The notes: generated from the letters alone by a model not told the origin. Shown: positions 31,937-42,048, counted from the first letter of the stretch. The stretch: 64,000 nucleotides of DNA from an uncultured Gammaproteobacteria bacterium (GCA_963786705.1 CAWBAG010000027.1:1-64000); one strand, 5' to 3'. Numbers and translations: made by a program.

Positions 31937-32146
31937 ATGCTCGTCAAGCTGCTCATCGTCGCCGTGCTGGTTGCGATCGTCGTGAGCCTCGGCTCCGGAC
32001 TTCGCCACCTCGTCAAGGACGACGGCCAGTCCAGGAAACGCATGGTCGACGCGTTGACCGTTCGCATCGCCCTGTCCGTGCTGCTGTTCGTGCTGCTGTT
32101 CGTCGCGTGGCGCACGGGGCTCATCACGCCGCACCACGTGCGCTGA
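31937..32146 (+). CDS. twin-transmembrane-helix small protein (DUF2909-like), encoded on the strand opposite the surrounding cox genes
   Basis: The 69-aa product is MLVKLLIVAVLVAIVVSLGSGLRHLVKDDGQSRKRMVDALTVRIALSVLLFVLLFVAWRTGLITP. It shows strong GC3 bias. Both minus-strand frames give only low-complexity translations. Confidence 0.6.
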   Translation: MLVKLLIVAVLVAIVVSLGSGLRHLVKDDGQSRKRMVDALTVRIALSVLLFVLLFVAWRTGLITPHHVR

Positions 32147-32204
32147 CCAGGCGCAACGGCCGCCCGTGGGCGGCCGCCGTGTCCGCCCGTCGCCGGGACT
32201 GCGG

Positions 32205-33086
32205 TCAGAGCCAGTACACGAAGATGAACAGGCCGAGCCAGACCACGTCGACGAAGTGCCAGTACCAGGCGACTCCCTCGAACGCGAAATGATGCTCGGG
32301 CGTGAAGTGGCCCTTCATGACGCGCATCCAGACCACGAGCAGCATGATCGCGCCGATCGTGACGTGCAGGCCGTGGAAGCCCGTCAGCATGAAGAATGTC
32401 GAGCCATAGACGCCGCTGCCGAGCGTGAGGTTCAGCTCGTGGTAGGCGTGCGCGTACTCCTCTGCCTGCAGGCCGACGAACAGGAAGCCGAGGAGGAACG
32501 TCAGGGCCAGGAAGACCTTCAGCACGCCGCGGCTGCCGGCCTGCAGCGCGTGGTGCGCGATCGTGATCGTGACGCCGGACGTGAGCAGGATCGCGGTGTT
32601 GATGGCAGGCAGCCCGAACGCGGGGATGATCTCGAACGAGCCGCCGACGTCAGCGGGCCCGTTCGTCGGCCATGCGGGCTGGAACTCCTTCCAGAGGAAC
32701 AGGTTGGTGAGGAACTTGCTGCCCTCGCCGCCCAGCCACGGCACCGAGAGCTGCCGTGCGTAGTACAGCGCGCCGAAGAACGCGCCGAAGAACATCACTT
32801 CGGACAAGATGAACCACAGCATCCCCATGCGGAACGACTTGTCGACGTCCTGGTTGTACAGGCCGCCCTGGCTCTCGCCGATGACCGTGCCGAACCAGCC
32901 ATAGAACATGTAGAACACGGCAAGCAGGCCGGCGAAGAACAGCCACGGCGCCAGGTTCACGCCGTTCAGCAATGCCGCGGCGCCGAGCATCGTGACGAAG
33001 AGCGAGACCGAACCGATGATCGGCCACTTGCTGCCGTGCGGGATGTAGTACTTCCCCGCGTCGTGCGCGGTATGAGCCTGGGCCAT
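32205..33086 (-). CDS. coxC: cytochrome c oxidase subunit III
   Basis: The ORF is intact from MAQAHTAHDAGKYYIPHGS and carries the typical CoxC core. Confidence 0.85.
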   Translation of the reverse strand: MAQAHTAHDAGKYYIPHGSKWPIIGSVSLFVTMLGAAALLNGVNLAPWLFFAGLLAVFYMFYGWFGTVIGESQGGLYNQDVDKSFRMGMLWFILSEVMFFGAFFGALYYARQLSVPWLGGEGSKFLTNLFLWKEFQPAWPTNGPADVGGSFEIIPAFGLPAINTAILLTSGVTITIAHHALQAGSRGVLKVFLALTFLLGFLFVGLQAEEYAHAYHELNLTLGSGVYGSTFFMLTGFHGLHVTIGAIMLLVVWMRVMKGHFTPEHHFAFEGVAWYWHFVDVVWLGLFIFVYWL

Positions 33087-33132
33087 GGGCGTCTGCCTCT
33101 GTCTTCTGTCTGGCGTGTGTGTCGAACCAAGC

Positions 33133-33666
33133 CTAGCGTGCTGCGAGTCTTCCGGGCTGCGGCAACGCATAGATCGAGTAGGCGAGCGTCATCCGATCGA
33201 CCTGCCGCGGCAGGTCAGGATCGACGATGAAGCGCACCGTGAATTCGCGTTCCTCGGAGGCCGCGAACGACTGCGGCGTGAAGCAGAAGCACTCGGTCTT
33301 CTGCAGGTACCTCGCAGTGACCGCGGGCGCCACGCTCGGCACGGCCTGCGCGACCACCGGCACGGTCGCCTTGTTGCGGATGCGGAACCTCGCCTCGTAG
33401 AGCTTGCCGGGCTGCAGCACGAGACTGCGCGTCATGGGCGTCAGCTCGAATTCCGCGGCGGGCGGCAATATCGAGACGAACTCGAGCGTGACCTCGCGGC
33501 TCGAGCCGGCGTCCGACGTGCCGAGCTGCGACGGCGCCGTGTTGACGCGTAACCCGGCCGCCTCGCAGATGACCTTGTAGAGCGGCACCAGCGCGAAGCC
33601 GAACGCGAAGCTGCCCGCCACCATGAGCACGAGGCCGCGGGTCAGGGAGTGGTCAGGCCTGCGCAC
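33133..33666 (-). CDS. ctaG: cytochrome c oxidase assembly protein CtaG/Cox11
   Basis: A 177-aa product with one TM and the CFCF copper motif. Confidence 0.85.
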   Translation of the reverse strand: MRRPDHSLTRGLVLMVAGSFAFGFALVPLYKVICEAAGLRVNTAPSQLGTSDAGSSREVTLEFVSILPPAAEFELTPMTRSLVLQPGKLYEARFRIRNKATVPVVAQAVPSVAPAVTARYLQKTECFCFTPQSFAASEEREFTVRFIVDPDLPRQVDRMTLAYSIYALPQPGRLAAR

Positions 33667-33695
33667 CGGGCACGGTCATGTGATGTCGCCCGCGC

Positions 33696-33824
33696 TCACG
33701 GCGACGAGCTCACGACGCTCGACGCGATGAACGCGACGTAGATGCCGAACGCCACCAGCATCAGCAGGATCGTGTTGCGGCGGATGCGCCGGCGCTGCTC
33801 GTCCTGTCGGTCGCCAGTTGTCAT
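33696..33824 (-). CDS. 42-aa cytochrome oxidase small assembly protein-like ORF between coxA and ctaG, absent from the ORF track
   Basis: The product is MTTGDRQDEQRRRIRRNTILLMLVAFGIYVAFIASSVVSSSP. Confidence 0.45.
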   Translation of the reverse strand: MTTGDRQDEQRRRIRRNTILLMLVAFGIYVAFIASSVVSSSP

Positions 33825-33846
33825 CTGCCGATGCCTCGCGCCGTCC

Positions 33847-35475
33847 CTACTTGACCTGCGGCGCTTCGTCGAACGTGTGGTACGGCGCGGGCGACGGCAC
33901 GGTCCATTCGAGGCCGTGCATGCTGCCGTCCCAGACCGCCGCCGTCGCCCTGGCGCCGCCGCGCGCGCACTTCCAGATGACGTACACGAACAGCAGCTGC
34001 GAGAGGCCGAAGCCGAATCCGCCGATCGACGACACCATGTTCCAGTCGGCGAACTGCGTCGAATAATCCGGGATGCGCCGCGGCATGCCCGCCAGTCCCA
34101 GGAAGTGCTGCGGGAAGAACAGCACGTTGACGAACACGGCGGACAGCCAGAAATGAATCGTGGCGAGCTTCATGTCGTACATGTGGCCGGTCCACTTCGG
34201 CATCCAGTAGTAGACGCCCGCCATGATCGCGAAGACCGCGCCCGGTACGAGCACGTAGTGGAAATGCGCGACGATGAAGTACGTGTCGTGATACTGGAAG
34301 TCCACCGGCGCGATGGCCATCATCAGGCCCGAGAAGCCGCCGATCGTGAACAGGAACAGGAACGCGAGCGCGAACAGCATGGGCGGCTCGAACGTCAGCG
34401 AGCCCTTCCACATCGTCGCGGTCCAGTTGAACACCTTCACGCCCGTGGGCACGGCGATCAGCATCGTGCTCAGCATGAAGAACATCTCGCCCGCGAGCGG
34501 CATGCCCACCGTGAACATGTGGTGCGCCCAGACGATGAACGACAGGAACGCGATCGACGCCGTCGCGTAAACCATCGCGTCGTAGCCGAACAGGCGCTTG
34601 CGCGAGAACGTCGGGATGATCTCCGAGACGATCCCGAACGCGGGCAGGATCATGATGTAGACCTCGGGGTGCCCGAAGAACCAGAAGACGTGCTGGTAGA
34701 GCACCGGGTCGCCGCCGCCCGAGGCCGCGAAGAACGTCGTGTGGAAGAAGTGATCGGTGAGCAGCATCGTCACGGCGCCTGCGAACACCGGCATGACGGC
34801 GATCAGCAGGTACGCGGTGATCAGCCACGTCCACACGAACAGCGGCATCTTCAGCAGCGACATGCCCGGCGCGCGCAGGTTCATGATCGTGACGATGATG
34901 TTGATCGAACCCATGATCGACGAGGCGCCCGCGAGGTGGATCGCGAAGATCGCGAGCGGGAAAGCATCTCCGGTCTGCAGCACCAGCGGTGGATAGAGCG
35001 TCCAGCCCGAAGCGGGACCGCCGCCCGGCATGAACAGCGACAGGATCAGCAGCGTGAACGCCGACACCAGCAGCCAGAAGCTGAAGTTGTTCATGCGCGG
35101 CAGCGCCATGTCGGGCGCGCCGATCTGGAGCGGGACCATCCAGTTCGCGAGGCCCACCGTCGCCGGCATGACCGCACCGAACACCATGACCAGCGCGTGC
35201 ACCGTCGTCATCGTGTTGAAGAAGCCGGGATCCACGAGCTGCATGCCGGGCATGAAGAGCTCGGCGCGCACGACGAGCGCCATCGCGCCGCCGAGCAGGA
35301 ACATGACGAGACTGAAGATCAGGTACATCGTGCCGATGTCCTTGTGATTCGTCGTCGTCAGCCAGCGCATGATGCCCTTCGCGGGGCCGTGGTCGTCGTG
35401 GTGGCCCTGTTCGGTGACCTCCACGTCGTGGTAGGTGCGGCTCAGGACGTCCGGATGGGCGTGGGTCTCGGTCAT
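33847..35475 (-). CDS. coxA: cytochrome c oxidase subunit I (aa3-type)
   Basis: An intact 542-aa ORF with the canonical A-family motifs (GHPEVYIMILPAFG, HHMFTVG). Confidence 0.9.
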   Translation of the reverse strand: MTETHAHPDVLSRTYHDVEVTEQGHHDDHGPAKGIMRWLTTTNHKDIGTMYLIFSLVMFLLGGAMALVVRAELFMPGMQLVDPGFFNTMTTVHALVMVFGAVMPATVGLANWMVPLQIGAPDMALPRMNNFSFWLLVSAFTLLILSLFMPGGGPASGWTLYPPLVLQTGDAFPLAIFAIHLAGASSIMGSINIIVTIMNLRAPGMSLLKMPLFVWTWLITAYLLIAVMPVFAGAVTMLLTDHFFHTTFFAASGGGDPVLYQHVFWFFGHPEVYIMILPAFGIVSEIIPTFSRKRLFGYDAMVYATASIAFLSFIVWAHHMFTVGMPLAGEMFFMLSTMLIAVPTGVKVFNWTATMWKGSLTFEPPMLFALAFLFLFTIGGFSGLMMAIAPVDFQYHDTYFIVAHFHYVLVPGAVFAIMAGVYYWMPKWTGHMYDMKLATIHFWLSAVFVNVLFFPQHFLGLAGMPRRIPDYSTQFADWNMVSSIGGFGFGLSQLLFVYVIWKCARGGARATAAVWDGSMHGLEWTVPSPAPYHTFDEAPQVK

Positions 35476-35481
35476 GGTCGG

Positions 35482-36399
35482 TTACTCCGCGTCCGCGACC
35501 AGCACGGCTGGCGTGGTGTTGTCGGTGTAGGCCGCGCGCGTGGCAGCCTGGTCGCCCGTCGCGACGGCTGTCTGGGCCGCGGGCGGCACTGCCGCCTGTC
35601 GCGCGGCTTTCTGCGCTGCGAGCCAGGCCTCGTAGGCTGCGGGTTCCTTCACCTCGACCACGATCGGCATGAAGCCGTGGTCGCGGCCGCAAAGCTCCGC
35701 ACATTGGCCGCGGTAGATACCGACCGTGTCTGCCTTGAACCACAGTTCGTTGATGTAGCCGGGGATAGCGTCTTTCTTCATGCCGAAATCGGGCACCCAC
35801 CACGCGTGGAGCACGTCGGCGGCAGTGACCAGGACGCGCACCTTGGTGCCGACCGGCACCACGAGCGGGTTATCCACTTCGAGCAGGTAATTCTCGACCG
35901 AGTCCGGGGCGATGCCCGAGTCGAGCTGGCGCGCGGCGTCGCTGGTGCGCGCGAGCGTCGAGAAGAAACTGACGCCCTCGTCCACGTAATCGTACTGCCA
36001 CTTCCACTGGTAGCCGGTGACCTTGATCGTGAGCTTCGAGCCGCTTGCGTCTTCGATCTTGACCAGGGTCCGCGCCGCCGGCACGGCCATTGCGACCAGG
36101 ATCAGCACCGGGATCAGTGTCCAGAGGACCTCGGCATTGGTGCTGTGGTCGAAACTGGCGGGGACGGCTCCCTTCGACTTCCGGAACGTGGCGATCGAAT
36201 AGATCATCACGCCGAACACGGCAACGGCAATGGCCACGCAGACCCAGAGGATCAGCATGTGGAGGCCGTAGATTTCGCGGCTGAGCTCGGTGACACCGGT
36301 CCGCAGGTTGACCTCCCACGCGGCCATGGCCGGGCTCGAGACCAGCGTCGAGAGGCCTGACGCCGCAAGGGCCGCGAGGGCCCGCCTCACCATCTTCAT
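35482..36399 (-). CDS. coxB: cytochrome c oxidase subunit II (aa3-type)
   Basis: A signal peptide, two TM helices and the CuA motif CAELCGRDHGFM are present. Confidence 0.85.
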   Translation of the reverse strand: MKMVRRALAALAASGLSTLVSSPAMAAWEVNLRTGVTELSREIYGLHMLILWVCVAIAVAVFGVMIYSIATFRKSKGAVPASFDHSTNAEVLWTLIPVLILVAMAVPAARTLVKIEDASGSKLTIKVTGYQWKWQYDYVDEGVSFFSTLARTSDAARQLDSGIAPDSVENYLLEVDNPLVVPVGTKVRVLVTAADVLHAWWVPDFGMKKDAIPGYINELWFKADTVGIYRGQCAELCGRDHGFMPIVVEVKEPAAYEAWLAAQKAARQAAVPPAAQTAVATGDQAATRAAYTDNTTPAVLVADAE

Positions 36400-36473
36400 T
36401 GGCACCACCGAAACTCCCTTGACGTTGACCGGCCGGGTTCCGGGCACCCGGACAGACCCGCGCGACGGCACGA

Positions 36474-37004
36474 TCAATACGATCGATGCTCGAGCGCAGG
36501 GGATTCGCTCGTCCTTCCCACCAATTGCCGGAGCCGCCCCGCAAGACTGCGGCGCTCGTCCTCCATGAGAAACCGGCCCACCTCGCAGGCGATTCCGTGC
36601 GACTCGATCACGAGCCGGCTCGGGTGCAGCACCACTCGCGGATCGCGGAGTTTAACCGTCGCCCAATGGCGTGGAAATACCAACCGACTCGATTCGCCGG
36701 GCCCGCGTCGCTCGACCACGACCGAGGCGTCCGAGACCAGGATGACCTCGCGGCATTCTCCGGAGCGCAGACTGGCCTGCACGGCCCACCAGAGCAACCA
36801 GATCTCGAGCCCGGCGATTGGCAGCACCGGCCACAGGCCCTGGACCGCGAAGAAGACGGCAATGCCGAACGTGAGCACGGCCAATCCACCCACGAACGCC
36901 CGGGCCGACCGCGGGGTCAATGCACAGTTGGGCACCAGTTCGATCCGATGCTCGACGGGCGTGGCGGGCGAACGGTTGTGCGTGGCGATGACCATGGTTC
37001 GCAC
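36474..37004 (-). CDS. DUF2244 integral membrane protein (cox-associated)
   Basis: The 176-aa ORF is intact. Confidence 0.55.
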   Translation of the reverse strand: MRTMVIATHNRSPATPVEHRIELVPNCALTPRSARAFVGGLAVLTFGIAVFFAVQGLWPVLPIAGLEIWLLWWAVQASLRSGECREVILVSDASVVVERRGPGESSRLVFPRHWATVKLRDPRVVLHPSRLVIESHGIACEVGRFLMEDERRSLAGRLRQLVGRTSESPALEHRSY

Positions 37005-37084
37005 GGGCTGGGAGGGTCCCGAATGTAGCCGCGTCCGTCGGTTGCGACAACGCGCGGACTCGGGGTCGCGACCGCCCGCGGGAT

Positions 37085-37828
37085 CTAGTCCCGTCGCGTG
37101 CGTGCGGCCTGCGCCAGCAGCATCGCGCGCAACCGGGGCGCGCGCTGCAACGCAGCAACAGCGGCATTGCCGATTGCGGAAGGTTCACCCGCTTGCCCGA
37201 GCCAGGGCACGAGCGCAAGCGGCGGCGAGCCGAGCAAAGCGGTCAGCGTGGCGACGTTGTGTTCGTGCCGCTCGAAGCCTGGATCGATCGACACGCCGAC
37301 CCAGCCGAGCCAGGGACAACGGCCGCCTCGTGCGATGGCTTCATGGGTGAGCACGGCATGGTTCAGGCAGCCGAGCGTCAGGCCGACCACGAGCACCACG
37401 CCAAGCCCCAGCCGCTCCGGGAAGTCGCTCAGGAATCCGGCGGGATGCAGGGGCACGCGCCAGCCGCCAGCACCTTCGACGAGCGCGACTTCGGCGCCGG
37501 GCGTGACTCTGGCGTACCAGTCGGCCAGGGTGGCGACGGAGATCGCAACGCCCGCTTCAGCGGCGGCGATGTGCGGGGCGATCGCAGGTTCGAAGCAGTA
37601 CGGGTTCACCTCGTCGTAGGTTCGGGCGAGCGGACTTGCGGACTGCAGCTCGAGCGCGTCGTCGTTGCGCAACGGCGCGCCGGAGCCTGCGCTACGTCCG
37701 CCGGAGGCCACTGGCTTCAAGCCGACCGCGCGCACGCCTTCCAGCGCCAGCACTCGCAGCATGGCCGCCGTCACGAGGGTCTTGCCCACCCCCGTGCTGG
37801 TGCCCGTGACGAAGACCCCAGGCGTCAT
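37085..37828 (-). CDS. bioD: dethiobiotin synthetase
   Basis: The product begins MTPGVFVTGTSTGVGKT. Confidence 0.85.
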   Translation of the reverse strand: MTPGVFVTGTSTGVGKTLVTAAMLRVLALEGVRAVGLKPVASGGRSAGSGAPLRNDDALELQSASPLARTYDEVNPYCFEPAIAPHIAAAEAGVAISVATLADWYARVTPGAEVALVEGAGGWRVPLHPAGFLSDFPERLGLGVVLVVGLTLGCLNHAVLTHEAIARGGRCPWLGWVGVSIDPGFERHEHNVATLTALLGSPPLALVPWLGQAGEPSAIGNAAVAALQRAPRLRAMLLAQAARTRRD

Positions 37829-37925
37829 GGGTTAATAAAGACAAAGTTGCCAGTCATGTGTAATTTATCAATTGAGAGATACCAGTAGTACAAAATACTT
37901 GATAAATGGTTACACCTCGACAGGG
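37829..37925. promoter_or_regulatory. about 97-bp AT-rich island (roughly 30% GC) between bioC and bioD with inverted repeat GTGTAATTTATCAA ... TTGATAAATGGTTACAC; candidate internal promoter or operator
   Basis: The sequence is ttaataaagacaaagttgccagtcatgtgtaatttatcaattgagagataccagtagtacaaaatacttgataaatggttacacc, set in otherwise roughly 70% GC DNA. Confidence 0.4.
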
Positions 37926-37939
37926 CCAGCGCCGGCTGG

Positions 37940-38806
37940 TTACGGCGTCGAATTGCGTCGCACGAGCCGGGACACCGGCACGCGGACTTCGCCGTGCGCC
38001 TGCGGGACCTTCGTACGGACCGGCCCGGCCGGGCACCAGGCTTGCCCGAACACCACCTCATAGGTCGCCGGCAGCTTCCCATCCTTGCGATGCTGCTCGT
38101 ACGCGCCGAGGACACGCGCAAACGTCGCCTTGCCGGTCAGCCCTGTCGGCCGTCCGGCGTTGGCGTTGTGCGCGCCGATCGTCTTCAGGTCGCGCATCAG
38201 GTCGCGCGCATCGTCATAGGTCAGCGTGTAGCGCTCGACGTCCAGTACCGGTTCGGCAAAGCCCGCCCGCACGAGCGCGTCGCCGAGGTCGTGCATGTCG
38301 ATGAACCGGTTGACGTGCGCGTGACCCGGATCGGCCGCCTGCCATGCGCGTCGCAACTCGTACAGCGTGTCCGGCCCGAGCGTCGCGAACGTCACGACGC
38401 CTCCCGGACGCAGGACCCGGCGTATCTCCCGGAATACCTCGTCCGGATCGTTGCACCACTGCAGCATCAGGCTCGAGAAGACCATGTCCACGACCCCGGT
38501 GACGAGCGGCAGCGCGGCGGCGTCGGCCGCGACTCGATCGAAGCGGCGCAACAGCGTCTGCCGGCGCCCCGCCTCCAGCAACATGCCCATCGCAATATCG
38601 AGCGCGCAGACCCGGGCCCTCGGGTAGCGCCGCTTGAGCGCGATCGTCCCGTGCCCCGTCCCGGCGCCCGCATCCAGGACGACCTTGGGTTCGAGCCGCA
38701 CGACGTCGAGCCGGGCGAGCAGCTCCTCGCGCACCCTGGCCTGGAGCACGGCGGCCGCGTCGTAGTCCCGCGCTGCCTGTGTGAAAGCCGTCGCGACCCG
38801 GCTCAT
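37940..38806 (-). CDS. bioC: malonyl-ACP O-methyltransferase BioC
   Basis: SAM-methyltransferase motif VLDAGAGTGHGT. The BioC region runs from MSRVATAF. Confidence 0.8.
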   Translation of the reverse strand: MSRVATAFTQAARDYDAAAVLQARVREELLARLDVVRLEPKVVLDAGAGTGHGTIALKRRYPRARVCALDIAMGMLLEAGRRQTLLRRFDRVAADAAALPLVTGVVDMVFSSLMLQWCNDPDEVFREIRRVLRPGGVVTFATLGPDTLYELRRAWQAADPGHAHVNRFIDMHDLGDALVRAGFAEPVLDVERYTLTYDDARDLMRDLKTIGAHNANAGRPTGLTGKATFARVLGAYEQHRKDGKLPATYEVVFGQAWCPAGPVRTKVPQAHGEVRVPVSRLVRRNSTP

Positions 38807-39718
38807 GTCGAGCGTGAGCGCCGCTGCCTCGGTCGGTTGTGGACTCGCGGCGCCTGCGCGTGACAGGCCCGGCGCCCTGCGCTCGAACACCGGCACGCCC
38901 ACGACCGCGGCCGGCGGCGGCCTCGGCTCGAGATGGCGCCCGAGAAACGGCACGATCGCGTCCAGCACGTCGTCGGGGTGCGAGAGAAACGGTGCATGCC
39001 CGGCCTTCGCGACCTGGACGAAACGCGCGGCAGGCAATGCCTGTGCGAGAGCCCGGCCAGCCCCGGCCGGCGTGATGCGGTCGTGCTCGCCGGCGATCAC
39101 GAGCGCCGGAACCGCGATCCCGCCGAGGGAGCCGCGCAGGTCCGCGTCGCGCAGGATGCGGATCCCGGCCTGCAGCGCGCGGGGGTCGGGTTCGCCGTGG
39201 CTCGCGAGGTTCGCGCGCAGGGTGCGCAGTGCCTCGCTTGCTCGCTCGTCACCCCAGGTCTGCAGCGCGAGAAAATTGGCGATCGTGCGCCGGAAGTCCC
39301 GGTCGAGGCCGGTCGCGAATCCGTCGAGGACATCCGGCTTCATGCCGTCAGGCCAGTCGTCGCGGGCCAGGAAGCACGGCGTCGTCGCGACCAGCACGAG
39401 CGCGGCGAGCTCGCCCGGGCGCGAGCGTGCGAGTTCGAGCGCCACCATGCCGCCGAGCGACCAGCCGAGCACGCCGGCCCCTCGCGGAACGTGCGCCGAA
39501 ACAGCCCGGGCGAGCGCGGCCAGGTCAGGCGCGCCATCCGTCCAGGGACTGCGGCCGTGGCCGGGAAGGTCGATCACGTGCAGGCGCGCGTGTGCTGCCA
39601 GCCGGTCGAGCCAGGGTCCCCACATGCCGCCGTGCAAGGCCCAGCCGTGCAGCAGCACGAGGTCCGGACCCGCACCCCGCGTCTCGACGTGCAGCGGCGC
39701 TCGACCGGGATCGCTCAC
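38807..39718 (-). CDS. bioH: pimeloyl-ACP methyl ester esterase BioH (alpha/beta hydrolase), read-through in frame into bioC with no intervening stop
   Basis: LVLLHGWA and GWSLGG are present. The GTG start forms a GTGA overlap with the bioF stop. No stop codon separates it from bioC. Confidence 0.7.
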
Positions 39719-40920
39719 GCCGCGGCGCCGGGCAGCACATCGCGCGTGCGCAGGGTGCGCAGCGCGTCGAGCAGGCGCTCGAGGTCGGCGTCCGAGTGGG
39801 CCGCCGAAAACGTGAAGCGCAGGCGTGACGTTCCGGCAGGCACGGTCGGCGGCCGGATTGCTGGAACCCAGATCCCCAGGTCGAAGAGCGCGGCGCTCGC
39901 CGCCAGCGCGGCGGCTTCGCTGCCCACGACCAGCGGCTGGATGGGAGTGCGCGATGCCATCAGGTCGAGGCCGAGTTCGGCAGCTCCGGCGCGAAAACGG
40001 GCGGCGAGATCGAGTACCCGCCCGCGCCGCCACGGCTCGGACGTCATCACGTGCAGCGACGCGCGCGTCGCGGCGGCCACGGCGGGCGGCAGCGCCGTCG
40101 TATAGATGTAGGTGCGGGCTCGCTGCACGAGCGTCTCGACCAGCGTGTCCGAGCCGGCGACGAACGCGCCGTGCGTGCCGGCCGCCTTGCCCAGCGTGCA
40201 CATGAGCACCGGCACGTCGTCGACGCCGAGTCCGGCTTCCTCGACCGAGCCGGCCCCGGTCGGGCCGAGCACGCCGAAACCGTGCGCATCGTCGACCACA
40301 AGCGTGGCGGCCGCTGCACGGCACACGGCCGCAATCTCGCGCAACGGCGCGACGTCCCCATCCATGCTGAAGACGCCGTCCGTCATGACGAGTGTCCCGC
40401 GCGACGGCAAACCGCCGGCAGGCTGCGCCAGGCGGCGGCGCAAGGCCGCGACGTCGCCATGCGCATAGCGCGTCAGACGCGCTCCCGTCGCCAGCCCCGC
40501 ATCGAGGAGCGAGGCGTGGTCGAGCCGGTCGGCGACGACGCGGTCACCCCGGCCGGCGAGCACGGCTGCGACGGCGAGATTCGCCATGTAGCCGTTCGAG
40601 AACAGCAGTGCGCGCGGCCGGCCGACGAACTGCGCCAGCTCCCGCTCGAGTTCGTGATGCTCGCGGCAATGGCCGCTCACGAGGTGCGACGCACCGCTGC
40701 CTACGCCCCACTCGCGTGCACTGGCCGCGAACGCGTCGACGACCGCCGGGTGGTTCGCAAGCCCGAGGTAGTCGTTGCTGCAGAAAGCGAGGCAGTCCCG
40801 CCCGTCCACCCGCAGACGGACGGATCCGGCGGCGCGCGCGGTGACCGTCCGCCGATGGCGCGAACGTCCTGCGCCGGCCAATGCCGCGAGCCCGGCGGCG
40901 AGCTGCTGCTCGGCATCCAC
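39715..40920 (-). CDS. bioF: 8-amino-7-oxononanoate synthase BioF
   Basis: FCSNDYLGL and the PLP-lysine region TLGKA are present. The start is approximate (GTG near 40917, overlapping the bioB stop). Confidence 0.8.
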   Translation of the reverse strand: MDAEQQLAAGLAALAGAGRSRHRRTVTARAAGSVRLRVDGRDCLAFCSNDYLGLANHPAVVDAFAASAREWGVGSGASHLVSGHCREHHELERELAQFVGRPRALLFSNGYMANLAVAAVLAGRGDRVVADRLDHASLLDAGLATGARLTRYAHGDVAALRRRLAQPAGGLPSRGTLVMTDGVFSMDGDVAPLREIAAVCRAAAATLVVDDAHGFGVLGPTGAGSVEEAGLGVDDVPVLMCTLGKAAGTHGAFVAGSDTLVETLVQRARTYIYTTALPPAVAAATRASLHVMTSEPWRRGRVLDLAARFRAGAAELGLDLMASRTPIQPLVVGSEAAALAASAALFDLGIWVPAIRPPTVPAGTSRLRFTFSAAHSDADLERLLDALRTLRTRDVLPGAAA

Positions 40921-40940
40921 AGCCGGGTGCCGTGCCGTGG

Positions 40941-41930
40941 TCAGGGTGAGGCGGCGGCCGCGGACTCGGCCTCGAGGCCGAGGCGTGTGAACAACCGCTC
41001 GTCGTGGCTGCGGCCCGGGTTCGGCGTGGTCAGCAGCCTCTCGCCGTGGAAGATCGAGTTTGCGCCGGCCAGGAAGCACAGCGCCTGCACGGCGTCGCTC
41101 ATGTCGGTGCGGCCCGCGGAAAGCCGCACGTGCGAACGCGGCATCAGCAGCCGGGCGGTGGCGATGGCGCGCACGAAATCGAGTGGGTCGAGTTCCGGCA
41201 GGCCGTACAACGGCGTGCCCGGCACCTGCACGAGCTGGTTGATCGGCACGCTCTCGGGATGCTGCGGCAGCGTCGCGAGCGTGTGCAGCAAGCCGATGCG
41301 GTCGCTCTCGGATTCGCCCATGCCGAGGATGCCGCCGCAGCAGACGCTCAAGCCCGCGTCACGCACCGCCTGCAGCGTATCGAGGCGGTCCTGGTAGGTC
41401 CGGGTCGTGATGACCTCGCCGTAGAACTCGGGCGAGGTGTCCAGGTTGTGGTTGTAATAGTCGAGGCCGGCGTCCTTCAGCTCGCACGCCTGCTGCGGCG
41501 TCAGCATGCCGAGCGTGGCGCAGGTCTCGAGGCCGAGCGCGCGCACTTCGCGGACCATCTGCTTCACCTGCTCGAGCTGCTTCGGCTTCGGGTTGCGATA
41601 CGCGGCGCCCATGCAGAAGCGCGTCGCGCCCTGGGCCCTGGCGGCCTGCGCCGCGGCGACGACCGCGTCGACTTCCATGAGTTCCTCGCGCTCGAGCCCC
41701 GTGTCGTAGCGGACGCTCTGCGGGCAGTAGTCGCAGTCCTCCGGGCAGGCGCCCGTCTTGACGGACAGCAGCGTGCTCACCTGGACCCGGTTCGGGTCGA
41801 AGTTCTCGCGGTGGACGCGTTGCGCGTGAAAGACCAGGTCGTTGAAGGGCAGTTCGAATACCGCGCGGGCCTCGTCGAGGGTCCAGTCGCTGCGCACTTC
41901 GCCGAGGCGGTTCAGGTCGAAAGCGGTCAT
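40941..41930 (-). CDS. bioB: biotin synthase BioB
   Basis: The radical-SAM motif [10 protein letters not shown] is present. Confidence 0.9.
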   Translation of the reverse strand: MTAFDLNRLGEVRSDWTLDEARAVFELPFNDLVFHAQRVHRENFDPNRVQVSTLLSVKTGACPEDCDYCPQSVRYDTGLEREELMEVDAVVAAAQAARAQGATRFCMGAAYRNPKPKQLEQVKQMVREVRALGLETCATLGMLTPQQACELKDAGLDYYNHNLDTSPEFYGEVITTRTYQDRLDTLQAVRDAGLSVCCGGILGMGESESDRIGLLHTLATLPQHPESVPINQLVQVPGTPLYGLPELDPLDFVRAIATARLLMPRSHVRLSAGRTDMSDAVQALCFLAGANSIFHGERLLTTPNPGRSHDERLFTRLGLEAESAAAASP

Positions 41931-42048
41931 ACGCAAATCCTTGTTTTCCGGCCAGAAATTCGGGCTCGCGCCGGCGGGGGTGCCGGGCGCAAGGTCGTGG
42001 CCGGACGACGCGGCAGTATTCGGGCGGAGCGCGGCGGCTGTCAACCAA

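Noticed and set aside
31897-32127. Minus-strand 76-aa ORF in the coxC–surf1 gap
   Set aside because: The Ser/Thr/Asn low-complexity translation is not membrane-like. The plus-strand frame encodes a clean twin-TM protein with strong GC3 bias.
33742-36360. 872-aa plus-strand ORF
   Set aside because: It is antisense to intact coxA/coxB and is Arg/Glu/His/Asp low-complexity. It is an artefact of stop-codon depletion in GC-rich DNA.
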